Below, one piece after another: positions 7,346-17,000 of a DNA stretch of 17,925 bases (its first letter is position 1; each line of letters starts with the position of its first letter). Made by a program: the position numbers and the translations under genes. The stretch is taken from contig JANOQV010000076.1 in the NCBI GenBank assembly GCA_031414955.1, forward strand, positions 1 to 17,925, in the 5' to 3' direction. The stretch comes from Pedosphaera sp. (GTDB lineage Bacteria; Verrucomicrobiota; Verrucomicrobiia; Limisphaerales; SIBH01). The notes beneath the pieces were generated by a model, which saw only the letters and a program-made list of their open reading frames with translations, was not told the origin of the DNA and did no database searches.

Positions 7346-8748
7346 TCACTCCTTGCCGTTCTTCTCCACTGGCCTGGCCGGACTTTTGCCGCGCGCAGGC
7401 GGCGACCACGCGGCGGGTTTCGGGTTGGCGACTTTCAGCGGGTGCTGGTCGGCGTAGCGGGCCATTTCCTTTTCCAGCGACGCGGTGAGTTGGGCGACCT
7501 TCGCGGCCTGCTCCGGCTTTTCGGCGAGGTTGTTCAGTTCAAGCGGGTCAGCGCTGAGATCGAAAAGCTGGGTGCGATCCACGAGCGGGTAGCGAATGAG
7601 TTTCCAGCGATCATCGCGGATGGCGCGCTGGCCGTTGCGATACGCAGTGTAGAGCACGTCGCGGAGTTTCGTTTCCTTGCCGGTCAGGATCGGGACAAGA
7701 CTTTTGCCCTCGACGCCATCAGGGTTTTTCGCCCCGGCGAATTCCGCGAAGGTCGGGAACAAATCCATGAGATAGACCAACGCCTCGCTCTTGCCCTTGG
7801 AAATTCCGGGCCCGGCCACGACGAGCGGGACGTGCAGGCCGCCGAATTCGTAGAGGTTTTGTTTTCCGAACAAGCCGTGCTCGCCCATCGAGAGTCCATT
7901 GTCGCCGCTGAAGATGATGATGGTGTTCGTCCACTCACCGCTGGCCTTCAACGCGGCGAAGATGCGTCCGACGTGATGGTCGAGTCCGGTGATGCAGGCG
8001 TAATAGTCGGCGTTCTGCTCCTTCGTGTCCTCCGGCGTGCGGGGCCACGGCGCGAGCGCTTCATCGCGCACGGTCATCTCGCCGTTGTCGAAGGGATGCT
8101 GCGGCAGGAACGCGGGCGAGAGCGGGATCTTCGCCGGGTCATAAAGCTTGTGAAACTGCGGCTCGCCGAGCGCGGGTCGTGCGGGACAGGCGGCGCGAGA
8201 TAAATGTAGAACGGTTTGCTTTCGTTAGTGGCCGCGCGGGACTTGAGGAACTCAATCGTGCGGTCCGCGAGACGACGACTGTTACCCGCACGCTCACCGC
8301 CTTTGCCTTCGTCACGAATGCTGGTTTGAAACTCAGAGATCCCTGCCGGGAAACCATTGCCAGCCTTCCCCATGTGCCACGTCTGGTAGCCGGCGGCCTG
8401 GATGACTCGCGGCAGGAAGGTCGTTGGATCCTTGGCGTTGGCCGTCGCTCCCGGAGCGCCCGGAATGCGCTGCCACGAGCGGCCGGTGAGCATCATCGTG
8501 CGGCTCGGCGTGCAGACGGCGCCAATCATCGAGCCCATCGTGTAGGCGCGCGTGAAAGCCATGCCGCGCTCGACGAGCGTGTCGAGATTCGGCGTGACGA
8601 GCAGCGGGTTGCCCAGGGCGTGCAAGCCGTCGGCACGATGATCGTCCGCGTGGATGTGGAGAATGTTCGGCCTGGGTTTTTCGGCGGCGTGCAGTCCCAC
8701 GAGCGGCGCGAGCAGCAGGGTAGCGAGAAGTGTGATGGCGTGTTTCAT
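7346..8748 (-). pseudogene. Secreted Cys-type (formylglycine-dependent) sulfatase split by a 1-bp deletion near 8164; pseudogene or sequencing error; about 467 aa if repaired
   Basis: ORF 8074-8748 has a signal peptide, RPNILHIHADD, CTPSRTMMLTGR, GKAG and PVPHDPRSA, then loses similarity. Adding one base at ~8164 (tcg gcg [g]ag ccg cag) gives SAEPQFHKLYDPAKIPLSPAFLPQHPFDNGEMTVRDE, which joins ORF 7346-8077 (GDNG, GKQNLYE, WKLIRYP, QLFDL) and is collinear with the neighbouring paralog. Confidence 0.85.
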
Positions 8749-8830
8749 GGTTTGGGTGTGGGCAATCAGTGCTCTGTTCGCAATTCAAGTGGCTATTCGT
8801 CCGGCTGTTTCTTCGGACCCTTGCCTGCCT
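8740..8830. repeat. Degenerate direct repeat, copy 2 (copy 1 at 1874-1963)
   Basis: About 77% identical to 1874-1963 by manual alignment. Covers the last 12 codons and stop of the 8793-10229 sulfatase, the intergenic spacer and the start of the next sulfatase. Confidence 0.85.
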
Positions 8831-10229
8831 TGGGCGGACTCCATGCGGCGGGCTTTGGGTTCGCGACCTTCAAGGTGCCGGTGTCGCCGCTGCGGTGCAT
8901 TTCCTTTTCGAGCGCGGCGGTGAGTTCCGCGAGCTTTGAGGCGTGCTCGGGTTTCCCGGCGAGGTTCGTGATTTCCTGCGGGTCCGTCTGCAAATCGAAA
9001 AGCTGGGTGCGGTTCACTTGCGGATAGCGGATGAGTTTCCAACGTCCATCAGTGAAGCCGCGCTGCCCGCGCATGTAGGCGAACATCAACTGACTGCGCG
9101 CCGGCTGCGCGGGATCTTTGAGCGTGCTGGTGAAGTCGATGCCTTCGCTGGTCTTCGGCCCAGTCACGCCGCAGAGTTTGCCCAGCGTGGGCAGCACGTC
9201 GAAGAGGTAGCACATCGCATCGGTGCGTTTGTTCTTGGAGATGCCGGGGCCGGCGATGATGAGCGGCACGCGCATGGAGTGCTCATAGACGTTCTGTTTT
9301 CCGATGAGCCCGTGGCTGCCGCGCGCCACCCCGCTGTCGGCCGCGAAGGCGATGATGGTGTTCTTCGCCGCCGGCGATGCCTCCAGCGCCTCCAGCACGC
9401 GACCGATCTGCGCGTCGAGATACGAGATGTAACGGTAGTACTCGGCGAGGAAGGCGCGCACCTTCTCCGGCGTACGCGGCCAGGGGAGAAGCTTCTCGTC
9501 GCGAATCTCCATCTCGCCATTGTCCCAGGGATGCTGCGGCAGAAAATTCGGCGGCAGCGGAATTTGATCCGGCGTGTAGTGAATGGGGAAATCATCCGGC
9601 ACAATGTGCGGATCGTGCGGGCCGTCGAAGGGCAGATAGGCGAAGAACGCGTTGGTGTGCGGTTCGCGAAGAAACGCAATGATCTCGTCGGCGAAGGTGG
9701 CGCAGGCGTGCTTCGGAGAGATGGAAGCGGGACCCATCTTGCCGTCTTCCAAGCTGCTGAGCGGAGCCTTGAGCGGATCGGTCATGCCGCCGGTGAAGAG
9801 ACTGCGAGCGCGTTGGAAACTGAGCCGGACGGAGCCCGGAGTGTTGTGCCACTTGCCGCTGATGAACGTGGTGTAGCCAGCGCGACCGAAGGCGGCGGGC
9901 CACGTCTCGTCGCGGGTAAGTTTCTCGTCGATGTGGAAAAGCGACCGACCGGAGAGCAGCATCGCGCGCGACGGCACGCAAGTCGCGCCGTTGAACCCGC
10001 CCTGCATGTAAGCGCGATTGAACGCCGTGCCACGGCGGACGAGCCGGTCGAGATTCGGGGTCTGGATCACCGGATTGCCGAGCGCCGCGATGGTGTCCGC
10101 GCGCTGATCATCGGCGAAGAAGAAGAGGATGTTGGGTTTGCCGGCGTCGTTCCCTGCTGGCGCATCGGCCGCGTGAAGCGCGAACGGCGACACGAGCAGC
10201 AAGACGGCGAAGCTGAGGAAGCTCTTCAT
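8793..10229 (-). CDS. Secreted Cys-type sulfatase (478 aa), paralog of 7346-8748
   Basis: Start moved to ATG 10229 (MKSFLSFAVLLLVSPFALHAA signal peptide; GGAGG upstream). Motifs KPNILFFFADDQR, CVPSRAMLLSGR, GKWH, PHDP, ADSG, GKQNVYE. Shares the C-terminal LKVANPKPAAWSPP with its neighbour. Confidence 0.92.
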   Translation of the reverse strand: MKSFLSFAVLLLVSPFALHAADAPAGNDAGKPNILFFFADDQRADTIAALGNPVIQTPNLDRLVRRGTAFNRAYMQGGFNGATCVPSRAMLLSGRSLFHIDEKLTRDETWPAAFGRAGYTTFISGKWHNTPGSVRLSFQRARSLFTGGMTDPLKAPLSSLEDGKMGPASISPKHACATFADEIIAFLREPHTNAFFAYLPFDGPHDPHIVPDDFPIHYTPDQIPLPPNFLPQHPWDNGEMEIRDEKLLPWPRTPEKVRAFLAEYYRYISYLDAQIGRVLEALEASPAAKNTIIAFAADSGVARGSHGLIGKQNVYEHSMRVPLIIAGPGISKNKRTDAMCYLFDVLPTLGKLCGVTGPKTSEGIDFTSTLKDPAQPARSQLMFAYMRGQRGFTDGRWKLIRYPQVNRTQLFDLQTDPQEITNLAGKPEHASKLAELTAALEKEMHRSGDTGTLKVANPKPAAWSPPKAGKGPKKQPDE

Positions 10230-10243
10230 GGTTCCCCCTCCAT

Positions 10244-11503
10244 CTACTGCTGTGTGAAGACGAACACGCCTTTCTTGTTGGCCACGATGACGTCGGGTTT
10301 GCCGTCCTTGTTGAGGTCGCCGGTGGTGACTTGCGTGCCGACGCCGCTGTCGTCGTCGATGCGATGCGGGATGAACTCCGCGCCGCCCTTGCCATCGCGC
10401 TTGAGCTGAAACCAATAAAGCACCGGCGCGGCGGCCGGCTCCGCGTCCGCTGAAGGTCCATGCGCCCAGCGCCGTTTGCCGGTGACGAGATCCATCACGC
10501 CGTCGCCATCGACATCCACCAGGCGCAGCGCGTGAAGCTGGCTGAACTTCACGCCCTGCTTGTTCTCCTTGTTCGTGCTGCCCATGAACTTGTGCTCGAT
10601 GAAGCTGCCGTCTTTCTTCTGCTCGAACCAGCCGAGCCCGTAGCCGTGGGCATCGTAGCTCGTGATGACATCATTCCGGCCGTCGCCGTTCACGTCATAG
10701 ACATACATGTGCGCGCCGCCACGCGCGCCCGCCGGGCCGAAAGGGCCGGGATGAAACTTCCAGTCCTGGTCCTCCTTCGTGCTCGCCGGTTGTTCGTACC
10801 ACCCTTCCTTCGCGAGAATATCCACGCGTCCGTCGCCGTTCACGTCGCCCGCGCCGTAGCCGTGTGTGTAGCGGAAATATTTCTCGTCGTTCGCCGACGA
10901 CTTGGGCGTGATGGGACGGAAGCGCGCTTTGCCCAGTGGATTCGCCCAATCAATCTCCGCGTAGCCAAGCTGCCCGCCGCCCTTGCCATTGGCCGTCTTG
11001 GGCTTGTTCGCATTGCTGGAATGCACGAGCAACTCCGGTTTGCCGTCGCCATTCATGTCCTTCAAGTCCGGTGACTCGCCATCGGCCACGTCGAAGATGG
11101 CGTGCTTCTCCCAGTTCCCCGCCTTGCCCTTCGGATTGATGTACACGAGCGCCGGTTCACCCGGCAGGCCATAGACGAGAATGTCCGCCCACGCATCGCC
11201 GTTGAAGTCATGCGCGTAAGCCAGGAAATAGTCGGAGTAACCCTTCGCCGGATCGTAAGGCGTCTTGGTCGGGCCACTCTCATTCACACTGGGCGGCGTG
11301 AAGTTCGCGCGCCGCGCAAAGTCCGGCCCGTACCAGATGGAGCACCCGGCGGTGATATCCATGTGGCCATCATGATCGAAGTCGGCGAAGTCGCAGCCTT
11401 CGGCGACAAACTCAGTGGTGAGGGTTTGCTTTTTGAAGGTGACGCTGGCGGCGTGCAACGGCAGCGCCGCCATTACGGCGAGCAGGAGTGGAGTGAATTT
11501 CAT
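10244..11503 (-). CDS. Secreted FG-GAP/VCBS repeat beta-propeller protein (419 aa)
   Basis: Signal peptide MKFTPLLLAVMAALPLHAA from ATG 11503. Seven DxxxDGxxD-type loops: DFDHDGHMD, DFNGDAWAD, DMNGDGKPE, DVNGDGRVD, DVNGDGRND, DVDGDGVMD, DLNKDGKPD. Confidence 0.9.
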   Translation of the reverse strand: MKFTPLLLAVMAALPLHAASVTFKKQTLTTEFVAEGCDFADFDHDGHMDITAGCSIWYGPDFARRANFTPPSVNESGPTKTPYDPAKGYSDYFLAYAHDFNGDAWADILVYGLPGEPALVYINPKGKAGNWEKHAIFDVADGESPDLKDMNGDGKPELLVHSSNANKPKTANGKGGGQLGYAEIDWANPLGKARFRPITPKSSANDEKYFRYTHGYGAGDVNGDGRVDILAKEGWYEQPASTKEDQDWKFHPGPFGPAGARGGAHMYVYDVNGDGRNDVITSYDAHGYGLGWFEQKKDGSFIEHKFMGSTNKENKQGVKFSQLHALRLVDVDGDGVMDLVTGKRRWAHGPSADAEPAAAPVLYWFQLKRDGKGGAEFIPHRIDDDSGVGTQVTTGDLNKDGKPDVIVANKKGVFVFTQQ

Positions 11504-11589
11504 GATGAGTGAGATATGAACAGAAACTCCGGCGCGAGGGAATCGCGGGTTTTCGGCGGGTCGGCTGATGACCTGGTCTTGTGAATCTG

Positions 11590-13035
11590 TCACTCCTCCG
11601 ACTTCTTCCCTTGGCCCTTCTTCTTCTGCTCCGCAGTTTTCGTGGTGCCGTCATTCTTCGTCGGCATCGGGGCTTTCACCGCTGTGCGCCAGGCGACGAG
11701 GCGGGCGTGGAGTTCCTTCGCCTTGGCGGAGTTCTCCTGCGCGAGGTTCTTCGTTTCGCCGAGGTCGGTGCGGAGATTGTAAAGTTCCAGCCGGCCGTCT
11801 TCGAGAAACTCCATCAACTTCCAGTCGCCGCTCTGGATGAGGCTCACCGGCGTGGTGCGCCACGAGTCCACGCCCGCGCCGAGGTAGCCGGGGAAGTGTT
11901 GGTAGATGGCGTCGCGCTGGAGCGTCGCGCCCGGGTCGCGGAACAACTTCACGAGACTCTCGCCGTCCAGCACCTGCCGGGGCTTGGGCGCGCCGGCGAG
12001 TTCGAGCATCGTCGGAAAAATATCCACATGAATGGCCGGCACGTCGCACGCCGAGCCGGGCCTGGTCACGCCCGGCCAGCGGACGATGAACGGGTCGCGC
12101 GTGCCGCCCTCGTAGAGACTGCCCTTACCGCTGCGCAGCGGGGCGTTGTCGGTGATGTCGCCGGCCTTCTTGATGCCTTCGCGCACGTAGCCGCCCACGC
12201 CGCCGTTGTCGCTGGTGAAGATGAGCACGGTGTTGTCGGCCAGCTTCAACACATCGAGCGCCTTCATCACGCGGCCCACACTTTCGTCCACGCTGGCAAT
12301 CATCGCGGCGTAGGCCGGGTTGTTGTGGCCACCGACGCCGGGCTTGGTCTTGAACTTCTCGATGAGTTCCGGTTTCGCCTGATGCGGCGCATGCACGCCA
12401 AAGTGCGGCAGGTAGAGAAAGAACGGCCGCTCCTTGTGCCGCGTGATGAAGTCCACGGCTCTGTCGGTGAGGAAGTCGGCGAGGTATTGGCCCTTGGGAT
12501 ATTCAGTCTTCGGATTCGTGGCGAAAGCGAAGTGTTGCCCCGCGCTGACAATGGCTTCATCGAAGCCGCGCTTACCCGGATGAAACTCGCCGCCCTCGCC
12601 GATGTGCCATTTGCCGAACAGGCCCGTCGCGTAGCCGACGGCCTTGAGCTGCCTGGCGATAATATCGCGGTCGAGCGGAAGTTCCGTGACGTTGTCCACC
12701 GGACGCAACGGGCGTTTGCTCCAGTCGAAGCGATCGATGCCGCCGACGGTATAGACGCCCGTGCGCGCGCCGTACTGGCCGCTCAGCAGCGCGGCGCGGG
12801 TAGGCGTGCAATTCTGGCATTGATGGTAGCTCGTGAGCTTCAGGCCCTGCGCCGCGAGCCGGTCGATATTCGGTGTCTCGTAGTATTTGCTGCCGAAGCA
12901 CGCGACGTCCGTGTAGCCGAGATCATCGGCCATGATGAAGATGATGTTCGGCTTTGCCGTGGGCGCGCCAGCGGCGTGGACTGCGGCCAGCGAAGCCAGC
13001 AGCAGGGCGGCGATGAGAGTGAGGGTGTGTTTCAT
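11590..13035 (-). CDS. Secreted Cys-type sulfatase, arylsulfatase-A-like (481 aa)
   Basis: Own signal peptide MKHTLTLIAALLLASLAAVHAA from ATG 13035, preceded by GAGGGAACTCTTAAAACC. Motifs KPNIIFIMADDLG, CTPTRAALLSGQY, GKWH, SDNGG, KGSLYEGGTR, ELYNL. Confidence 0.92.
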   Translation of the reverse strand: MKHTLTLIAALLLASLAAVHAAGAPTAKPNIIFIMADDLGYTDVACFGSKYYETPNIDRLAAQGLKLTSYHQCQNCTPTRAALLSGQYGARTGVYTVGGIDRFDWSKRPLRPVDNVTELPLDRDIIARQLKAVGYATGLFGKWHIGEGGEFHPGKRGFDEAIVSAGQHFAFATNPKTEYPKGQYLADFLTDRAVDFITRHKERPFFLYLPHFGVHAPHQAKPELIEKFKTKPGVGGHNNPAYAAMIASVDESVGRVMKALDVLKLADNTVLIFTSDNGGVGGYVREGIKKAGDITDNAPLRSGKGSLYEGGTRDPFIVRWPGVTRPGSACDVPAIHVDIFPTMLELAGAPKPRQVLDGESLVKLFRDPGATLQRDAIYQHFPGYLGAGVDSWRTTPVSLIQSGDWKLMEFLEDGRLELYNLRTDLGETKNLAQENSAKAKELHARLVAWRTAVKAPMPTKNDGTTKTAEQKKKGQGKKSEE

Positions 13036-13350
13036 GGTTTTAAGAGTTCCCTCTCGAGCACGGCCACCGGCGCCGATGGTGCCCTTGACAATCTTCAGCT
13101 TCGGAAAACGCTGGTGTTCCATGGCCATGACCTCGGCCGAGAGATCAGCGGAGGCCCAGAGGCGCACCTCGGCCTCGGGGATGTGCTTCGCGATCAAGGC
13201 CAGCACGCCCGGCGTGTGCGCGATGTCGCCGATGTTCACGACCTGCCACGACGAACGCAGCAGGATGCGCGGCGCGCGCTGGTCGGCGGCGTGGACCGAG
13301 GCGGCGACGGAGGCAAGGACGGCGGACTTGATAAACGTGCGACGGTTCAT
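13036..13350 (-). pseudogene. N-terminal fragment (~100 aa) of a Tat-exported polysaccharide pyruvyl transferase-family protein, running in frame into the downstream sulfatase
   Basis: MNRRTFIKSAVLASVAASVHAA is a twin-arginine signal. RILLRSSWQVVNIGDIAHTPG...EVRLW matches my recall of this family's N-terminus (NxGD motif). Similarity ends near GTIGAGGRA (~13060) and there is no stop before the sulfatase ATG. Confidence 0.65.
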
Positions 13351-13865
13351 GAGTCGCCGCCGATTCTGCCAAAAGCCGTTCGCGGCCGCAGCGGCAACAC
13401 CGGCAACGGACAGCCCTGCCCGTAGGACCACGGGAGTTTCTTGTAGAGCGCGGAACGCTCGCGCTTGAGCCAGGCCGCCATCCAGTGGCGCATGAACATG
13501 AAAAGTGCATCCCGCCCCCGGTTGCCCGATTCATTCAATAATTTGTGAAACTGCCGGTGGTGGTCGTAGCAGTAATACGCCTTGGCGGCGAGGCGTTCAG
13601 TAAAACCGGCGGGAACGGTGGCGTTAAGAAAACGTTCCACTTCCTGCACCACGCTTTCGGCGACCCATTCGGGAGTGAGCGACGTGTCGCGTTCCAGTTG
13701 GGTGGGGAGTTCGGTGTGTAACCACGCGCGGGATTCTTGACGGAGCGTCGAACTTCGGTTCGGCGCGTTGATGTTTTGGGAACACGCCGATTTGGCAATC
13801 GGCGTTCCGTTACGCCGCGCCTTCGACGCGGGCGACTTCTTCGGGCGTGGGGTTGGAGAGTTCAT
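13347..13865 (-). CDS. Hypothetical protein (~172 aa): basic, low-complexity N-terminus and an aromatic-rich helical core
   Basis: ATG 13865 lies just downstream of the REP-like hairpin. Core LERDTSLTPEWVAESVVQEVERFL...GRDALFMFMRHWMAAWLKRER...LPWSYGQG looks globular. The stop overlaps the next ATG (ATGA, 13347-13350). Confidence 0.55.
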   Translation of the reverse strand: MNSPTPRPKKSPASKARRNGTPIAKSACSQNINAPNRSSTLRQESRAWLHTELPTQLERDTSLTPEWVAESVVQEVERFLNATVPAGFTERLAAKAYYCYDHHRQFHKLLNESGNRGRDALFMFMRHWMAAWLKRERSALYKKLPWSYGQGCPLPVLPLRPRTAFGRIGGDS

Positions 13866-13878
13866 ACACGAGTGGCTG

Positions 13879-14005
13879 TTTTGGAGTGCGCCGGCAGAGC
13901 GGAGCGGCGACGGCGTTTGCGGGCGCACGAGAACGCCAGTTCATCCGGTGACGTTCCGCCCGTGCGAAAGCGGTGTCGCGTCCGACTTGCCACCGCAGTC
14001 CAAAA
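13879..14005. repeat. REP/MITE-like long imperfect inverted repeat (~127 bp)
   Basis: Terminal arms ttttggagtgcg (13879-13890) and cgcagtccaaaa (13994-14005) pair at 11/12 positions. Inner pairing continues: ggcagagcggagcggcgacggcgttt with aaagcggtgtcgcgtccgacttgcc, and gcgggcg with cgcccgt. It starts 8 nt after the R-M gene stop. Confidence 0.75.
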
Positions 14006-14013
14006 GCTGGCGC

Positions 14014-17000
14014 TCATGCGTGGCCCTCCACGAGTTGGATTTCCTCCGGCGTCAGGCCGTAGAGTTCATAGACCAGCGCGTCGATTTGCTGGTCGGTGGC
14101 GGTGACGGCGTTTTGCAGCACGGCCTTTTCCGAATCCGCCGTGGCCGCGCGCAGCTTGGGCATCAAGCCCAGCAGCTTGTCCACCAGCACCACCAGCTTG
14201 TCGTGCCGGGATTTGTCAGTGACCGCCAGATTGGGAAAAGGAAGCGGTTCAAGTTTCGCGGCTTTTATCTGCGGAATCACCCGCGACTCCCCTTGATTGG
14301 AAACGCGATAAAGGAAAAGGAACAGCTTCGATTGAAGGATTCCGAGGGCCGCCTTGACATCCACAGGGGACTTAAACTTGAAGACATACATCGCGTCCGT
14401 CACAACCAAGCTGTCCTCTTTGTCGTAAACAATCTCAATGGTCTTTGTAGTCGTGAGTCCGATGAGCTTTGGCGACTCAAAGATCTCAGGGTCGCGCGCA
14501 CGGTGTAAAGCCCACCACGGATGCTTCCCCTCTTTGACTTCCACGCAAGTGTTCTGGCTTTTGAATTCCTCCAAGCGTGCGATTGCGTTTGGAATATTTT
14601 TCGGTGTCAGTCCTTTGTGCGTGTAGAGAATCCATTGGTCGGGAACAACGCACCCGTAACGCTTAATCTTCTTGCCGGAGATGCTCCGCCGCAAAACAAC
14701 TCGCTCGATTCTCCTGAGCGCTGGGTCTCGGTCGGGAATGACGTGCGCCTCGGCAATGTCCGGGCTCACTCCACGCGCGATACCGGACTGTGTGAACTCG
14801 CCTAGCGTGCTGTGCGATTTCTTCAACCGTAGCAGCATCGCGGTTCGCGCATCCGAATTCGCAAAGAAAGTGTTTGTTGCATCAGCCATGACTTGCTCAA
14901 CCCATACAGCAGAATTCACGAACCCTACTTGTACGAGAGCGGCGGCGCGGTCCTCGAGAGGTAAAGCTGACAAGTCACCGACAATCATTTGCGCCGGTTG
15001 TTTGCCGCCAGACGTCACGATAAGGGCAGTGGTGTTCAAGACTTTCGTGGTGAACACGTCCTTGCCAGCGTTGATGACTGCTGCGACGCCTGATTCGAGA
15101 AGCAATTTACGCAGTGGACCAGCGTCCACTTGATTCAGAACCGTCGCTGGAATCACAAGACCAACGCGCCCTTCCTTTCGGATGACGCGCAGCGCTTGGT
15201 CAGTGAAGTAGATGTAAGTGTCAACCATCCGCCCTACGACGCGGGAGAATGTTTCACTGAGATACTTCCTCACCTGGACTTCCAGTTCCGCACCCCAAGG
15301 CGGATTGCCGATGACGGCGTCGAAGCCGCCGGCTTTCATGATGGGCGCGAATTGCACCGGCCAGTCGAAGGCGTGAACGCGCACGAGGTCTTCGGGCATC
15401 ATCGAGAAGTCGGAAGCGATGAGGGAGTTGCCGCACTTGATGTTGTCCTGCAAGGGCGGCAGCAGGGCGATCTCGGTTTCGTCGGCCAGCAGTTCGCGCT
15501 GGCGCTGGAGAGTGGTGCGGTTCTCGCCTTCCAGCATCTTGAGGTAGAGCGAGAGCTGGGTGACTTCGACGGCGGCGGCGTCCAAGTCCACGCCGTAAAT
15601 GTTCTGGGTGAGAATCTGGCGCTTGAGCGCAACGGTCAGGTGAACGTCGTTGGTGGCGGCATCCACCCAGCAGAGCGGGCGGTGTTTCTTTTCCCAGGCG
15701 GCGCGTTCTGCTTTCTGCTCTTTGGGCGGGAGCGAGGCGGTGAGGCGTTTCTGCCAGTGTTCGCACACGCGCTCGAAGGCCCGGATGAGGAAGGAGCCGG
15801 AGCCGCAGGCGGGATCGAGCAGGCGCAGGGCGGCGGTGCGTTTCTCGAAATCCTTCAGTGTCGGGAGGAGCGCCGAGCAATGCTCGGCTTGGGCGGACGA
15901 TAACGCTGGTTCATGCCGAGCAATGCTCGGCGCTCCTCCGGCGATTTCATCCAGCAGCTTCCCGGCGGTCTGCTCGACGATGTAGTCCACGATGTAGCGC
16001 GGGGTGTAGTAGACGCCCCCGGCCTTGCGGACTTCGGGCTTCTCCTCGATGACGATGCCGCGTCCATGCGGGCGGACGACTTTGCCGAGGAAGCGTTCAT
16101 AGACGCTGCCGAGAATCTCGACGGGGATTTCGCTGAAGAGATAGGGCGATTCGTCGTCGCTCAGTTCGCCGATGAACCCGGCCAGCCATTCGTCGCCAAT
16201 GATGAGGCCTTCGGTGAAGTGCGGCTTGAAGAGGTTGCCGTTGAAAAAGGGAACGTGCGTGGGCGGGCGGCGGTCGAGCGCGCGGAAATGCCGGACCACG
16301 GCGCGCCACAGGGAATCCTTGGGCGCGCGGATGCCGCTGCTGCCGTAATCGGCGGGCGGTTCTTCGTGCAGTGAATCAAAGGGCTGCTGATGGGCGCGGC
16401 GTCCGGTGTCTTCGTGGCCGGTGTTCTTGCGCCACGTCTCGACAATGCTTTGCAGGGTCCGGCCGGTGTCAATGTCGCGGTCCTCGCAGATGCGGAGAAA
16501 CAGGATGCGGTCAATGATGCGCTGGCAGGCTTCAGTGAGCTTGTCGCCATCGAGCAGTTCGGTGTGGTCGTTGTTTTTGTAGATGTCGGAGGCGAGGTCG
16601 CGCCGTGACTCATCAAGAAACTTGAGAAACTCCACGTCCAGCGCGCGGGTGCGGTCAGGTTTGATGAGCCATTGCTGGCGGGCCTTGCCTTTGCCGGTGG
16701 GACGCTTGGGGAGGGCTTCGATGGCTTGGTCAATACTCCCGGCGGCAACTTTATCCCGCGCGAGCAAATCCCAAAGCTCGCGGGCGATGAGCGGGTATTG
16801 GCGAAAGTGCCAGGTCTTCCATTCGCCCACCTGCGGTTCGTCGAGATAGGGGCGGCTGCCGACGACATAGACCTTCATCTCCTCAAAGTCGGTGAGGATG
16901 CCGAGCGGCACGGGCTTGTTCCAAGCGTAGCGTTTGGTTTGGAAAGCGTACCGGGCGGAAAGTTCCTCGGCGGGCTTCTTCGCCTCGCAGACGAAGCGGC

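Noticed and set aside
10230..10415. N-terminal extension of the 540-aa sulfatase ORF
   Set aside because: It overlaps the FG-GAP gene. The signal peptide and GGAGG site point to ATG 10229.
7121..13425. Long plus-strand ORFs 7121-8203, 8179-9027, 8943-10409, 10460-11074 and 11581-13425
   Set aside because: All are antisense to sulfatase or FG-GAP genes that carry clear motifs, and none has a recognisable domain.
13351..13431. Track start of the 613-aa ORF at 13431
   Set aside because: It lies inside the upstream hypothetical ORF. The twin-arginine signal begins at ATG 13350 and the sulfatase proper at 13035.
15864..15939. CRISPR mini-array
   Set aside because: Only two units, arranged as an inverted pair inside a CDS, and no cas genes in the window.
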